NCBI GenBank assembly: GCA_002733125.1
Contig: NVUM01000009.1
Span: 11,451-75,450 of the forward strand
Reading direction: 5' to 3'
Source: Porticoccus sp.
Lineage (GTDB): Bacteria; Pseudomonadota; Gammaproteobacteria; Pseudomonadales; Porticoccaceae
DNA: 64,000 bases
The translations under genes and the position numbers were made by a program. The notes under the pieces were generated by a model, which saw nothing but the letters and a program-made list of their open reading frames with translations, did not search any database and had not been told where the DNA came from. Positions 20,483-30,189 of the stretch are shown one piece after another; position 1 is the first letter of the stretch; each line of letters starts with the position of its first letter.

Positions 20483-21223
20483 TTATCGCCCCTCTTTATA
20501 TTTGCGGTACTCGTCCCAGAGTTTTTCTCTCAATACCGGGTCCTGTTCTTTCATGGCTGCCTCACGGATCTGGCGAGCCACAATATCGTCATCGTGGCCA
20601 TCGGGAATATTTGCTGGAACCGTACTGCCTCCACTGCGACCGATGATTGCACCGTCTCCACCGTAGGTGGTGGCTTGTCCCGATGGTGGTTCGCTGGCGC
20701 CGTCCGGGCCACTGGCTTCCTCATTCCCTGATTTTCCCAATGGGCCGCCCCCGAGCTCCTCGGTGATATCTGCCTCTTCAAATAGCGGGCCTCCCGCGCC
20801 GGCGGGTGCGCCTTCACTGTCGCTGTCCTGTTCTCGCTCGGCAGCGGCGGCCCGTGCATCCATGATCATACCGTCAAATTCAGCCATGGAGGCATCCAGC
20901 TGTTGATCGAGAACCGCAATTTCTTCATCTGTGCTGAGGGCGCCACTTGGGGGAGGCGGTGCCTGGCTTGCGGGACTACCCTGATCGGGGTTGGCTTCAC
21001 TCATTTCGCTGGGCTCGCTGGTGTCACTGGACTGGCTCGCGCCTGTTGTCGAAGCTGTTTCCGGAGGACTGTCCTGCTCGCTGGTCTCCTCTGTCGCCGG
21101 GGACTGGGCTTGCGGTTTTGGTGGCTGCTGCGACTGCGCAGTGGGGGACTGGGTCGGACTCTGACACCCCGTTGCACCGAGCAGGCCAACGCTGAGTAGA
21201 ATTATGAGAAATGATCGATTCAT
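20483..21223 (-). CDS. Hypothetical lipoprotein, largely disordered with helical C-terminus
   Basis: Lipobox GATGC; ends DDDIVARQIREAAMKEQDPVLREKLWDEYRKYK. Confidence 0.7.
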   Translation of the reverse strand: MNRSFLIILLSVGLLGATGCQSPTQSPTAQSQQPPKPQAQSPATEETSEQDSPPETASTTGASQSSDTSEPSEMSEANPDQGSPASQAPPPPSGALSTDEEIAVLDQQLDASMAEFDGMIMDARAAAAEREQDSDSEGAPAGAGGPLFEEADITEELGGGPLGKSGNEEASGPDGASEPPSGQATTYGGDGAIIGRSGGSTVPANIPDGHDDDIVARQIREAAMKEQDPVLREKLWDEYRKYKEGR

Positions 21224-21233
21224 CAGTGGCAGA

Positions 21234-22715
21234 CTACTGTATCAGGACCTTGACCGGCAATGCTTCGGTTGGCACGGGTTGGCCATTGTCGAAGCGCGGT
21301 CTGAATTTGGTATCAATAATGGTTTTCCTTGCCCTGCCTTCCAGCCCATCGTCCCCTTCCGGATAAACACTCAATGTCGTGATTTTTCGGGGTTGCCCTT
21401 TTTCGGAAATATCAACGGCAAGCATCACATAGGCCGCGGGTATTGACGGGCTGGTCACAGCTTCCGTGATGTCAGGCATTGGGGTTTCCGGTTGTTGTGG
21501 TGAGGGTTCGGCAGGGGTGGTTTGGCCAGCGGCCACGGGTTCAATCGCCATGATGCCCGAATCGATCGGTCTGGGCAGCATTTTCGGCTCACCCAGCAAC
21601 GCGGTAATCAGTGCCGTGTCATTCGTCTGCTGCAAGACGCGGTAGGCTTTTTGGTAGGCGTCAATGGCCGGGCCAGTCAGATTGAATAGCATCAGCCAAT
21701 CGCCGGTCTTGATATAACCGGTGGCTTTATCGGCCGCGGATGTCGAGGGATCCTGTTCCAGAATATCGATCATTCTGGCATTTGCCCGGCGACCGTTCTG
21801 AAAATAGTTTTTGTTGAGGAATGGGTCGTCTGCCACCCAGCGCGCCTGCTGAAACCGCTCAGACAGGAGGTCTGTATTCTCCCAACTGTTGGCGTATTTT
21901 TTCTGATGCCTGTCGAGGTAGTAGTCCGTCATTGCCGAGTTATACAGCAGCCCGGTCATGCTGCGATGATCCTCGCCGTGTTGCTGCGCGGTCATGGCCA
22001 GTGCCTGATTGTAGACGCCATGGGCAATATTCAGATGGTAGATATCGTCTCTGCGCCCCCGGGCATTGTAGGCCCGCAAGTGCCATTGGCCGATTTCGTC
22101 CAGCAGCGGAAGTGTGCGGGGATCATCGGCACCATAGGTTTTGCGGTGCAGCCAGAGTAGTTTCTGGTAGGCTTCGGCGGCCTCACTGATGAGCCCGAGC
22201 TGGATGTGGGTATTGATAATGCCGCGCAACATCGGTTCCTGAGACAGGCTGTAAACGCCGTTGTTAACACGATTCACGTACATGGCATGACGGAAGGCCT
22301 GAATAGCCTCCTCCAGACGGTTCTGGCGCTGCAGAGTATTGCCCAGCGCAAAAGTCAACTCGGATAATTCCGGATCAAAAGGGCCGACCAGTGCTTCGCG
22401 CCGGTCAATAGCCGACTGGTAATCGGCAATAATCTGCGCGGCTTCGGCGGCTTCGGCGGCTTCGGCGGCTTCGGCGGCTTCGGCGGCTTCGGCGGCTTCG
22501 GTTGGTTGGAGGTCGGACTTTTCTGTCTGAACAGTGGTTTCATCGTGAGCCGGGCCACTCTGGATAGCCAGGCGGGGTTCGTGTTGCTCAGTGCCCTGTT
22601 CAACAGTGCCTTTTTTTGGTGGGTCAGCCGGGGTATCAGCTTGAGCAGCGGGCAGACTGCCAAAGGTAAGCAGTAGCATCAACGCGCCGGTAGTATATTT
22701 TAGTGGATACCCCAT
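21234..22715 (-). CDS. TPR protein with TonB C-terminal-like domain
   Basis: TPR helices; C-terminal VMLAVDISEKGQP...KFRPRFDNGQPV; start uncertain. Confidence 0.75.
   Translation of the reverse strand: MGYPLKYTTGALMLLLTFGSLPAAQADTPADPPKKGTVEQGTEQHEPRLAIQSGPAHDETTVQTEKSDLQPTEAAEAAEAAEAAEAAEAAEAAQIIADYQSAIDRREALVGPFDPELSELTFALGNTLQRQNRLEEAIQAFRHAMYVNRVNNGVYSLSQEPMLRGIINTHIQLGLISEAAEAYQKLLWLHRKTYGADDPRTLPLLDEIGQWHLRAYNARGRRDDIYHLNIAHGVYNQALAMTAQQHGEDHRSMTGLLYNSAMTDYYLDRHQKKYANSWENTDLLSERFQQARWVADDPFLNKNYFQNGRRANARMIDILEQDPSTSAADKATGYIKTGDWLMLFNLTGPAIDAYQKAYRVLQQTNDTALITALLGEPKMLPRPIDSGIMAIEPVAAGQTTPAEPSPQQPETPMPDITEAVTSPSIPAAYVMLAVDISEKGQPRKITTLSVYPEGDDGLEGRARKTIIDTKFRPRFDNGQPVPTEALPVKVLIQ
22438..22500. 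repeat. Perfect 9-bp tandem repeat (GCGGCTTCG)x7 encoding (EAA)7
   Basis: Read directly from the sequence. Confidence 0.95.
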
Positions 22716-22852
22716 AGTGAAAAGCCCAGTAATGCTAGCGGTCTTAGAGATGGCTGGCAGGTGAAAGTTCCTTGCGGTATGTTGCACTTTCACGCGCTGC
22801 ACAGGTGCAGTATAACGCCGTGGACAGATGAATCATCGGGGATCAACAAATA

Positions 22853-23743
22853 ATGTTTCTGGCTCTCTGGAATGTGATGGCGCCGGTATTGATCGCCATC
22901 ACCATTGGTTATTGCTGGGGCCGCTCCCGGGTGCCTTACGCCGCAGAATTTGTCACCCGTGCTGTGATGAATATCGGTGCGCCCTGTCTGGTGGTCTCCG
23001 CGATCAGTCGATCGGAGATTTCAGGGTCGGAGTTTGCCGAGGTTGCCGGTGCCGCGGCACTTGTGCTGGCAGGTACAGCACTGCTGGGTTGGGGGGCCAT
23101 TCGTGCCACTGGTGGCGATATCCGGGCGCTGCTGCCATCGGTGACGTTTCCCAACAATGGCAATATGGGGTTGCCGCTTTGCCTGTTTGCCTTTGGTCAG
23201 GAAGGGCTGGCGCTGGCGGTGGGCTTTTTCATCGTACAGATGACTGCCATGATGGTATTTGGCATCCCGCTGCTCGACAGGCAATCCGGCAATATCTGGT
23301 CAATATTGAAAGGCTTTGCCTTTCAGCCGTTGATATTGTCGGTCATTATTGGACTCGTTCTTCTGGTGGGTAATATCGCACTGCCGCAATGGCTTGACCG
23401 GTCTGTTGAACTGCTGGCCGGGTTCACCATTCCACTGATGCTGATCACGCTGGGTGTTTCCCTCTCCACGCTGAGTACGTCGGGATGGTGGCGGAGTCTG
23501 GGTTACTCGACGCTGCGAATTGGCGGTGGTCTGGTGATGGCCTGGCTGGTGGTTGAGTGGCTGGATATTACCGGCACTGCCCGGGGTGTGGTACTGCTGC
23601 AGGCCATTATGCCGGCGGCAGTATTCAATTATCTACTGGCCCTGAAGTATGACCAGGAGCCGACCGCTGTGGCGGGTATTGTGGTGGCCTCCACGGTCAT
23701 GGCGCTGGTTGCCGTACCCGTACTGTTGGCCGTGTTGTTATAA
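22853..23743 (+). CDS. AEC family transporter
   Basis: Multi-TM, FPNNGNMGLP, PLMLITLG, QAIMPAAV. Confidence 0.88.
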   Translation: MFLALWNVMAPVLIAITIGYCWGRSRVPYAAEFVTRAVMNIGAPCLVVSAISRSEISGSEFAEVAGAAALVLAGTALLGWGAIRATGGDIRALLPSVTFPNNGNMGLPLCLFAFGQEGLALAVGFFIVQMTAMMVFGIPLLDRQSGNIWSILKGFAFQPLILSVIIGLVLLVGNIALPQWLDRSVELLAGFTIPLMLITLGVSLSTLSTSGWWRSLGYSTLRIGGGLVMAWLVVEWLDITGTARGVVLLQAIMPAAVFNYLLALKYDQEPTAVAGIVVASTVMALVAVPVLLAVLL

Positions 23744-23756
23744 CCGGGAGAAAGCT

Positions 23757-24950
23757 GTGACTGAGATGAAGCCTTTGTCGGGATACCGGGTGATCGAACT
23801 CGGCCAATTATTGGCCGGCCCCTTCGCCGGGGCACTGCTGGCCTACTTCGGGGCTGAAGTGATCAAGATCGAACCGCCGGGGAAAGGTGACCCGCTGCGC
23901 AACTGGCGGGTGGTCAGGGACGGCACATCCCTGTGGTGGCGGAGCCTCGGCCGCAACAAAAAATGTATTACCCTGGACTTGAAGACGGCGCGGGGGCGGC
24001 AGTTGGCAAAGCAGCTGATCGATGGGGCCGATGTGGTGATCGAGAATTTCCGGCCGGGGGTCATGGAAGCCTGGGAGCTGGGTCCGGAGCAATTCAGACA
24101 GTCCAATCCCGGTTTGGTCTACACCCGTATTTCCGGCTACGGCCAGACCGGCCCCTATGCAAACAGGCCCGGTTTTGCCTCGGTGTGTGAAGGGATCAGT
24201 GGCTTTCGTTATTTGAATGGCTTTCCCGGCGAGGCCCCGGTGCGACCCAATCTCAGCATTGGCGACAGTATTGCCGGGTTGCATGCAGCATTCGGTGTGG
24301 CGCTGGCGCTGCTGTCCAGACAGTCCAGCGGAGTGGGACAGGTGGTGGATGTGGCGCTCTACGAGGCGATGTTCAATCTGCTGGAGGCCGTGGTGCCGGA
24401 ATACGATGGCGCCGGCATTATCCGTGAACCCTCCGGTACCACAGTGACCGGTATCGTACCCACCAACACCTACCGCTGCGCCGATGGCAAGTGCGTGGTG
24501 ATCGGTGGCAATGGCGACTCTATCTTCAAACGTTTGATGCTGGCGGCGGGCAGGCCGGATCTGGCAGAGGACCCCCGCTGCGCTGATAATGCCGGCAGGG
24601 TGCAGTGCGAGCAGGAGATCGATAGCGCCTTGTCGGCCTGGTGCAGCGGAGTTCCCAGTGCAGAACTGCTGGCGTTGCTGGCCGAGCAGCGTGTCCCTGC
24701 AGGACCGATTTATCACGCCGGCGATATGTTGGCGGATCCCCACTTCAATGCGCGGGGTCTGTTCGAGCAGGTGGAGATCAATGGTGAGCCGCTGAAAATT
24801 CCGGCGATGATCCCCCGCCTCAGCGAGACTCCCGGCAATACCAGTTGGCCGGGTTCCGAGGTGGGCAGTCACAACGCCGAGGTGTTGGGCGAACTGTTGG
24901 GACTGGATGAAGCTGCCTTGCAACAGCTAAAGGCAGAGGGTGTTATTTGA
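23757..24950 (+). CDS. CaiB/BaiF family CoA transferase
   Basis: AGPF, GAEVIKIEPPGKGDPLR, RNKK, DVVIENFRPG, SGYGQTGPY; GTG 23757 after GGGAG. Confidence 0.92.
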   Translation: MTEMKPLSGYRVIELGQLLAGPFAGALLAYFGAEVIKIEPPGKGDPLRNWRVVRDGTSLWWRSLGRNKKCITLDLKTARGRQLAKQLIDGADVVIENFRPGVMEAWELGPEQFRQSNPGLVYTRISGYGQTGPYANRPGFASVCEGISGFRYLNGFPGEAPVRPNLSIGDSIAGLHAAFGVALALLSRQSSGVGQVVDVALYEAMFNLLEAVVPEYDGAGIIREPSGTTVTGIVPTNTYRCADGKCVVIGGNGDSIFKRLMLAAGRPDLAEDPRCADNAGRVQCEQEIDSALSAWCSGVPSAELLALLAEQRVPAGPIYHAGDMLADPHFNARGLFEQVEINGEPLKIPAMIPRLSETPGNTSWPGSEVGSHNAEVLGELLGLDEAALQQLKAEGVI

Positions 24951-25011
24951 CAGTGCAAACAGGAAATGCAAATCAGATTTGGTGGATTATCCACACGCAA
25001 TTCAGGAGTAG

Positions 25012-25800
25012 GTGAACATGGCTGGACACTGGCCAGTGGTGGGTATTCCCTGTGATGTGGTGATGCAGGGGCTGCATCCCTTTCATGGCAGCGGCGAAAA
25101 ATATATCAACGCTCTGGCCCATGGTGCCGGCGTGAGACCGGTTCTGCTGCCTGCGGTGGGTGCCGGTCGGGATCTGCATTCTCTTGCGGACATCTGTGCC
25201 CTGGATGAGGTTTTTGACTCGCTGGATGGGCTGTTTCTCACGGGCAATATTTCCAACGTGAACCCCCAGTACTATGGTCAGCCAAGCCGTTCCGGTAACC
25301 TGCTGGACCCCCAGCGCGACACCACCGTCCTGCCGTTGATTCGCCGCGCCATCGAACGAAACATTCCGCTCTTTGCGGTTTGTCGCGGCATGCAGGAACT
25401 GAATGTGGCTCTTGGTGGTTCACTCTATCAGTATGTGCATGAAGTGCCGGGGATGCTCGATCATCGGGAAGACCGGAGCCTCCCCAGAGAAGGCCAGTAC
25501 GATTATGCCCACAACATTACCCTGACGCCGGGCGGGCTACTGACTACCCTCGCCGGATCCCGGCAAGTGCGGGTCAACTCGGTTCACAGCCAGGGCGTTC
25601 ATCGGTTGGCGGAGGGCCTGGAGGTGGAAGCTGTCGCTCCCGATGGACTGGTGGAAGCTGTGCGGCTGGCCGATCACAGCCGCTTCGGCGTTGGTGTGCA
25701 ATTTCACCCCGAGTGGCAATACCCGGAGGACGTTTTTTATGCTGCGTTATTCAGGGCCTTTGGCGATGCGATCCGCGAGAGACGGACTGTTTGTAAATAG
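25012..25800 (+). CDS. puuD: Gamma-glutamyl-gamma-aminobutyrate hydrolase family (peptidase C26)
   Basis: AVCRGMQELNVALGG, VNSVHSQG, GVQFHPE. Confidence 0.8.
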   Translation: MNMAGHWPVVGIPCDVVMQGLHPFHGSGEKYINALAHGAGVRPVLLPAVGAGRDLHSLADICALDEVFDSLDGLFLTGNISNVNPQYYGQPSRSGNLLDPQRDTTVLPLIRRAIERNIPLFAVCRGMQELNVALGGSLYQYVHEVPGMLDHREDRSLPREGQYDYAHNITLTPGGLLTTLAGSRQVRVNSVHSQGVHRLAEGLEVEAVAPDGLVEAVRLADHSRFGVGVQFHPEWQYPEDVFYAALFRAFGDAIRERRTVCK

Positions 25801-25993
25801 CCGAAGGGGTGAAAGGTCATGGTTGACTCAAACCTCTGTGATATAGGTTGCCGGGGTGGCTTCTCGATGCGCTGACCGGGTTTTCTGCCTTGCTGATTAT
25901 TCTGAGATGGTTTCTTTCGGGCGCCGGTGATAGTGGCTTCAGATACCTGGATCTCTGAGAGCAGTTTTAGCCCCTGCCTCTTTTGTAGAGGAT

Positions 25994-27079
25994 TTACAGT
26001 AACCGCCGCTGTTCAAATACCGCTTGCCAGTGCGCGCCTTCCTTGACGGCCACTTCGGTTTCAAAATAGTGTTTCATGCGTCGCCGATCGTCTTTGTTGT
26101 CTTTCAGGGCCGCCCCGATGAGGAAATGCACCAGGTCTCCCATCACCATCTTGCCGCTACGATAGTAGTAGGCGTGCACGCCCATGGCGTGAGCCACAGA
26201 CACGGCCTCTGCGGTGGACATCACGGTGGCTGCAAGTCGGTCGGTACTGCGTCCATCCAGCGTCTGCCCGTTGCGCAGCTCGTGGAAAATCGTCGTCAGC
26301 ACCTCGATGATCTGGGCATCGGGCTTCACATCGACGCCTGACAGGCGAATCAGTTTTTCCGATTCACTGGCGACCACCTCAATTTCGTCCTGCAGTTCCC
26401 GAATCGGCGGTATGGTCTCGAAGTTCATGCGACGCTTGAGGGCGGCACTCATGGCATTGACGCCCTGGTCCAGGGAGTTGGAGGTGGCAATGATATTGAA
26501 GCCCTCGCGGGCGAAAAGGACGCCGTTTTCGCGGCCGAGTTCAGGCACCAGGATTTGCCTCTCTGACATGATCGACAGCATGGCATCCTGGATGTGTTGC
26601 GGGCAGCGGGCAATTTCCTCGAAACGCACCAGCTGGCCCTCCATCATGCCCTGATAAACCGGGCTGGGAATCAGCGCATCGGGTGTGGGCCCGGCGCTCT
26701 TCAATTGGGCTTCATTCCAGCTGTAGAGCAGTTGGCTGACATTGGTTATGGCCCCGCCCTGAATGGTGAGGGTGGATTGGCCGGAGATGGCGCTGGCCAA
26801 TAATTCCGACAGCCAGGATTTAGCCGTGCCCGGTTCGCCGATCAGCATGGCTCCCCGGTTGGTGGCGAGACTGATAATAATCCGTGTCACCAGCTCCCGT
26901 TGGGCGACAAATTTTCGCTGAATCCCCAGTTTGTCATCGCCGAGGATAAATTTTTCCACAGCGAATGGAGACATCTTCCAGCCCGGTGGTGCCGGGCCCG
27001 GATCCCAGTCAATCAGTCGTTCCAGCTCGTCCCGGTAGAGGTTCTCGGCACTGGGTCTCTGTATGGCTTTGTCATTCAT
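25994..27079 (-). CDS. YehL-like MoxR/AAA+ ATPase
   Basis: GEPGTAKSWLSELL, RFEEIARC, FNIIATSN, MSAALKRRMNF; start ATG 27079. Confidence 0.85.
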   Translation of the reverse strand: MNDKAIQRPSAENLYRDELERLIDWDPGPAPPGWKMSPFAVEKFILGDDKLGIQRKFVAQRELVTRIIISLATNRGAMLIGEPGTAKSWLSELLASAISGQSTLTIQGGAITNVSQLLYSWNEAQLKSAGPTPDALIPSPVYQGMMEGQLVRFEEIARCPQHIQDAMLSIMSERQILVPELGRENGVLFAREGFNIIATSNSLDQGVNAMSAALKRRMNFETIPPIRELQDEIEVVASESEKLIRLSGVDVKPDAQIIEVLTTIFHELRNGQTLDGRSTDRLAATVMSTAEAVSVAHAMGVHAYYYRSGKMVMGDLVHFLIGAALKDNKDDRRRMKHYFETEVAVKEGAHWQAVFEQRRLL

Positions 27080-27089
27080 GCTCAATGTC

Positions 27090-29387
27090 TCAGGAGGGTT
27101 TTTCCCACTGCCAGCGAGCTTCGGGTGCCATCCGCTCGGCCGGGAGAATACGGGGTAATTCGGAGAGAGGAATGTTGCCCTGAATAACGTGGTCCAGGGC
27201 ACTGTCGCGCATGGTTACCAGTCCGCAGTCCAGTGCCAGTTTGCGCAGCTCTCCCACCGGAATCTGGCGGGCGATGGCATTGCGCAGCTCCGGGTCGATG
27301 TGCAGGTATTCCACAACCCCCATGCGGCCGTGGGTGCCGCTGTCATTGCACTGCTCACAACCCTTGCCGATAAAGGAGCGGAAACTGTGGGGAGTGCCAT
27401 CGGGAAACACCTCCCGAAGAATGGCCTCATCCGGCTCTGCCGGAACCCGGCAGTTGAGGCAAATACGTTTTGCCAGCCGCTGGGCGATTACCGCCAGCAG
27501 TTCACTGGCCAGCGAGTTCGGGTGAACACCCAGGTCATAGAGCCGTTGCATGGCGTCGACAGCATCGTTGCAGTGGAGCGTGGAGAGCACCACATGGCCG
27601 GTTTGAGAGGCCCGCATGGCTTCGACAGCGGTTTCGTTATCACGTATTTCACCCACCAGGATCACATCCGGATCCTGGCGGACAAAGGAGCGCATGGCAT
27701 CGGCAAAGCTGAAGCCGATCTCCGGCCTGACCCGGGTTTGCTGGATATTGGTAATGGAGTATTCGATCGGGTCTTCCACGGTAATCACTTTTCGGGCGCC
27801 ATCATCGGCCAGTAACTGTAGGCCGGCATACAGCGTGGTGCTTTTGCCCGATCCGGTGGGGCCAACCACCAGTACCAGACCCGCAGGGTTGCGCAGTAGC
27901 CGCCGATAGTTGTCGGCAATGGCACTGGACAGCCCAAGCTTGTCAATGCTGATCAGCTCAGAATTTTGCGGCAACAGGCGGATGACCACATGCTCGGCGT
28001 GCAGTGAGGGCTGCACCTGAATCCGCAAATCGAACAGCGCGTCCCCCACCCGCAGCCGCGAACGGCCACCCTGGGGCAAACGGCGTTCGGCGATATTCAG
28101 GTCGGCACGGAGCTTGATCACGTTGATCAGACCACGCAGTTCGCCGGGAGTGATCTCGTAGTGCGGCAGGTCACGCAGTTCACCATCCACCCGCAGGCGG
28201 ATTCTCACGGTGCGATGATACTGCTCAATGTGCAGGTCGCTGGCGCGCTCGGCCACGGCATCGAGCAACATGGCTTCAAACAGCGAGATCAGGTGGGCGC
28301 CCACTTCCGGCTTGGCTTTGCCCAGCAGGTCCTGATCTTTCTCCGCAAGGACCTTTTCCTCATAGTCGGGCAGGGGGGTGGTGTGAGCCTGAACCGAGAG
28401 GTCAGTGGCGGACCAGAGGCGTCTGAAATCTGTTGGTGTGACCAGGATTTTTACGAGCCTGTGCCGAGGGAAAACCTGCTGGATTTCATCCATCGACGCA
28501 TCCGGATCACTGGTGGCAATCCGGAGGGTGTCGTGATCGGTGAATAGAGGGATCAGACGGTGATGGTCGAGAAAGGCCTGGGAAAAACGGTTGAAAATGG
28601 CGGGGTCAAGTCGCCTGAGCAAAATATCGACGTTGCCCAGTTCCAAATTATAGCGCTTGGCCAGGGAGCGGTATAACGCCAGATCATCCACATTTATCAG
28701 TTGCCGGACTTCATCGATAATCAGACTGTTGTTGGCTTTTGCGCGGATTTTCGCCTCGTTGAGAATTTCCCGGTTGACGATGCCGAGTTCAATCAGGGTC
28801 TGGTCTCTTTTGTTGTCGAAGCTCACCAGCCCCTGTTCGATACGATGGATTTTCTGCTGCTCGTCCTGAACGTACTTGACCAGTTTCAACAGTGTCGATT
28901 TCGTTCGTTCAACACACACCAGCTGACCGCCCGGGGCCAATTGGTGGAGCAGGGTCGAGAGCGTCTTGAGGCCGGGCGTGGTGACCATGATGATGTCAAA
29001 GGGCGAAAACTGTGCCGAGCCCTCTTCGCCTTCGCCGTGCAGCACAATGACATTTTTCAGTTGCAGCTGGCTGAGCTTGTCCATTGCGGCATCGGCCAGG
29101 GTGGCGACCTTTTCGATACCGACGACCTTGCTGGCGATTTTGGCCAGCACTGCACAGGGGTAGCCCAGCCCTGCGCCCACATGCAGGACTCTGGGGTAGT
29201 TCGGCAAAGTCAGCACACTGAATATCTGTTTCAGTACTTCTGTGGTGGGAATACTTTCCCCCGCCACCAGCGATCCATTTTCGCAATTGATAAAGTGCTG
29301 TCGGTCAATTGCCTCCAGGGCCGCCTCGAAACGTGGATCAATTTTGCGATTGGCAGAATTGCCCTGTTGGGTGGTGGATATTTTCAT
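27090..29387 (-). CDS. Fusion: Pcm-like methyltransferase domain + PilB/GspE secretion ATPase
   Basis: N-term RVLHVGAGLGY, PFDIIMV, QLAPGG; C-term ASDLHIE, GPTGSGKST, TVEDPIE, RQDPDVILVGEIRD, STLH, two CxxC. Confidence 0.85.
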   Translation of the reverse strand: MKISTTQQGNSANRKIDPRFEAALEAIDRQHFINCENGSLVAGESIPTTEVLKQIFSVLTLPNYPRVLHVGAGLGYPCAVLAKIASKVVGIEKVATLADAAMDKLSQLQLKNVIVLHGEGEEGSAQFSPFDIIMVTTPGLKTLSTLLHQLAPGGQLVCVERTKSTLLKLVKYVQDEQQKIHRIEQGLVSFDNKRDQTLIELGIVNREILNEAKIRAKANNSLIIDEVRQLINVDDLALYRSLAKRYNLELGNVDILLRRLDPAIFNRFSQAFLDHHRLIPLFTDHDTLRIATSDPDASMDEIQQVFPRHRLVKILVTPTDFRRLWSATDLSVQAHTTPLPDYEEKVLAEKDQDLLGKAKPEVGAHLISLFEAMLLDAVAERASDLHIEQYHRTVRIRLRVDGELRDLPHYEITPGELRGLINVIKLRADLNIAERRLPQGGRSRLRVGDALFDLRIQVQPSLHAEHVVIRLLPQNSELISIDKLGLSSAIADNYRRLLRNPAGLVLVVGPTGSGKSTTLYAGLQLLADDGARKVITVEDPIEYSITNIQQTRVRPEIGFSFADAMRSFVRQDPDVILVGEIRDNETAVEAMRASQTGHVVLSTLHCNDAVDAMQRLYDLGVHPNSLASELLAVIAQRLAKRICLNCRVPAEPDEAILREVFPDGTPHSFRSFIGKGCEQCNDSGTHGRMGVVEYLHIDPELRNAIARQIPVGELRKLALDCGLVTMRDSALDHVIQGNIPLSELPRILPAERMAPEARWQWEKPS

Positions 29388-29548
29388 AATGTCTGCTCAA
29401 ACCACGACAGTGACAAAACCGGAGGGCTTTCCCGGTGAATTATTATTCGGCTATTAAACGTAGCACTTTGCAGCGGTTGATAACAGTGCCTGGCATATCG
29501 TGAATCGAAAGGTTTACCGGTGATCGGGTCTGGTTTAGTCTGCTGTTC

Positions 29549-30184
29549 ATGCGTTTTGACAAGAAGTATAAAATCCAGCTGACTGACAGCACTTTTCGGC
29601 GCATGGACGAGGCCCCGGATGACCAGTTCTACCGGATTCCGCGCTTTGTCAGCCATATTGATCCCGATGCGATTGATCGGGTGACTGAACTGTACCGCGA
29701 ATACCTGTCTGCCGGGACGGCGGTGCTGGATTTGATGAGCAGTTGGCTCAGCCATCTGCCCGAGGAGCTGGCACTCAGTCGCGTGGTCGGTCTTGGCATG
29801 AACGACCGGGAGATGGCGCGGAATCCTCAGCTCGACCAGTGGGTGGTGCACGATCTGAACCGTGAACCTTCACTGCCGTTTATTGACGGGGAATTTGATG
29901 CCGTATTGATCTGTGTCTCGATTGATTATCTGACGGATCCTGTCGCGGTGTTGCGGGATGTGGGTCGGGTGCTCAAGCCTGACGCCCCGTTGATTATCAC
30001 CTATTCAAATCGCTACTTTGAATCGAAGGCGACTGCTGCCTGGTTGTATCTGAATGATGAGCAGCGCGCCTATCTGATCAAGACCTTTCTTGAGGAGGCC
30101 GGTTGCTACCGGCAGATTGAGCTGATGGATCGGAGTCCCCCATCCGGCGACCCGTTGTTTGCGGTGGTTGCCAGGGTCGCCTGA
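29549..30184 (+). CDS. SAM-dependent methyltransferase (type 11-like)
   Basis: FYRIPRFVSHID, VLDLMSSWLSHLP, GLGMN, VSIDYL. Confidence 0.85.
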   Translation: MRFDKKYKIQLTDSTFRRMDEAPDDQFYRIPRFVSHIDPDAIDRVTELYREYLSAGTAVLDLMSSWLSHLPEELALSRVVGLGMNDREMARNPQLDQWVVHDLNREPSLPFIDGEFDAVLICVSIDYLTDPVAVLRDVGRVLKPDAPLIITYSNRYFESKATAAWLYLNDEQRAYLIKTFLEEAGCYRQIELMDRSPPSGDPLFAVVARVA

Positions 30185-30189
30185 CCCGT

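Noticed and set aside
23808-24923. 371-aa minus-strand ORF
   Set aside because: Antisense shadow of the CoA transferase.
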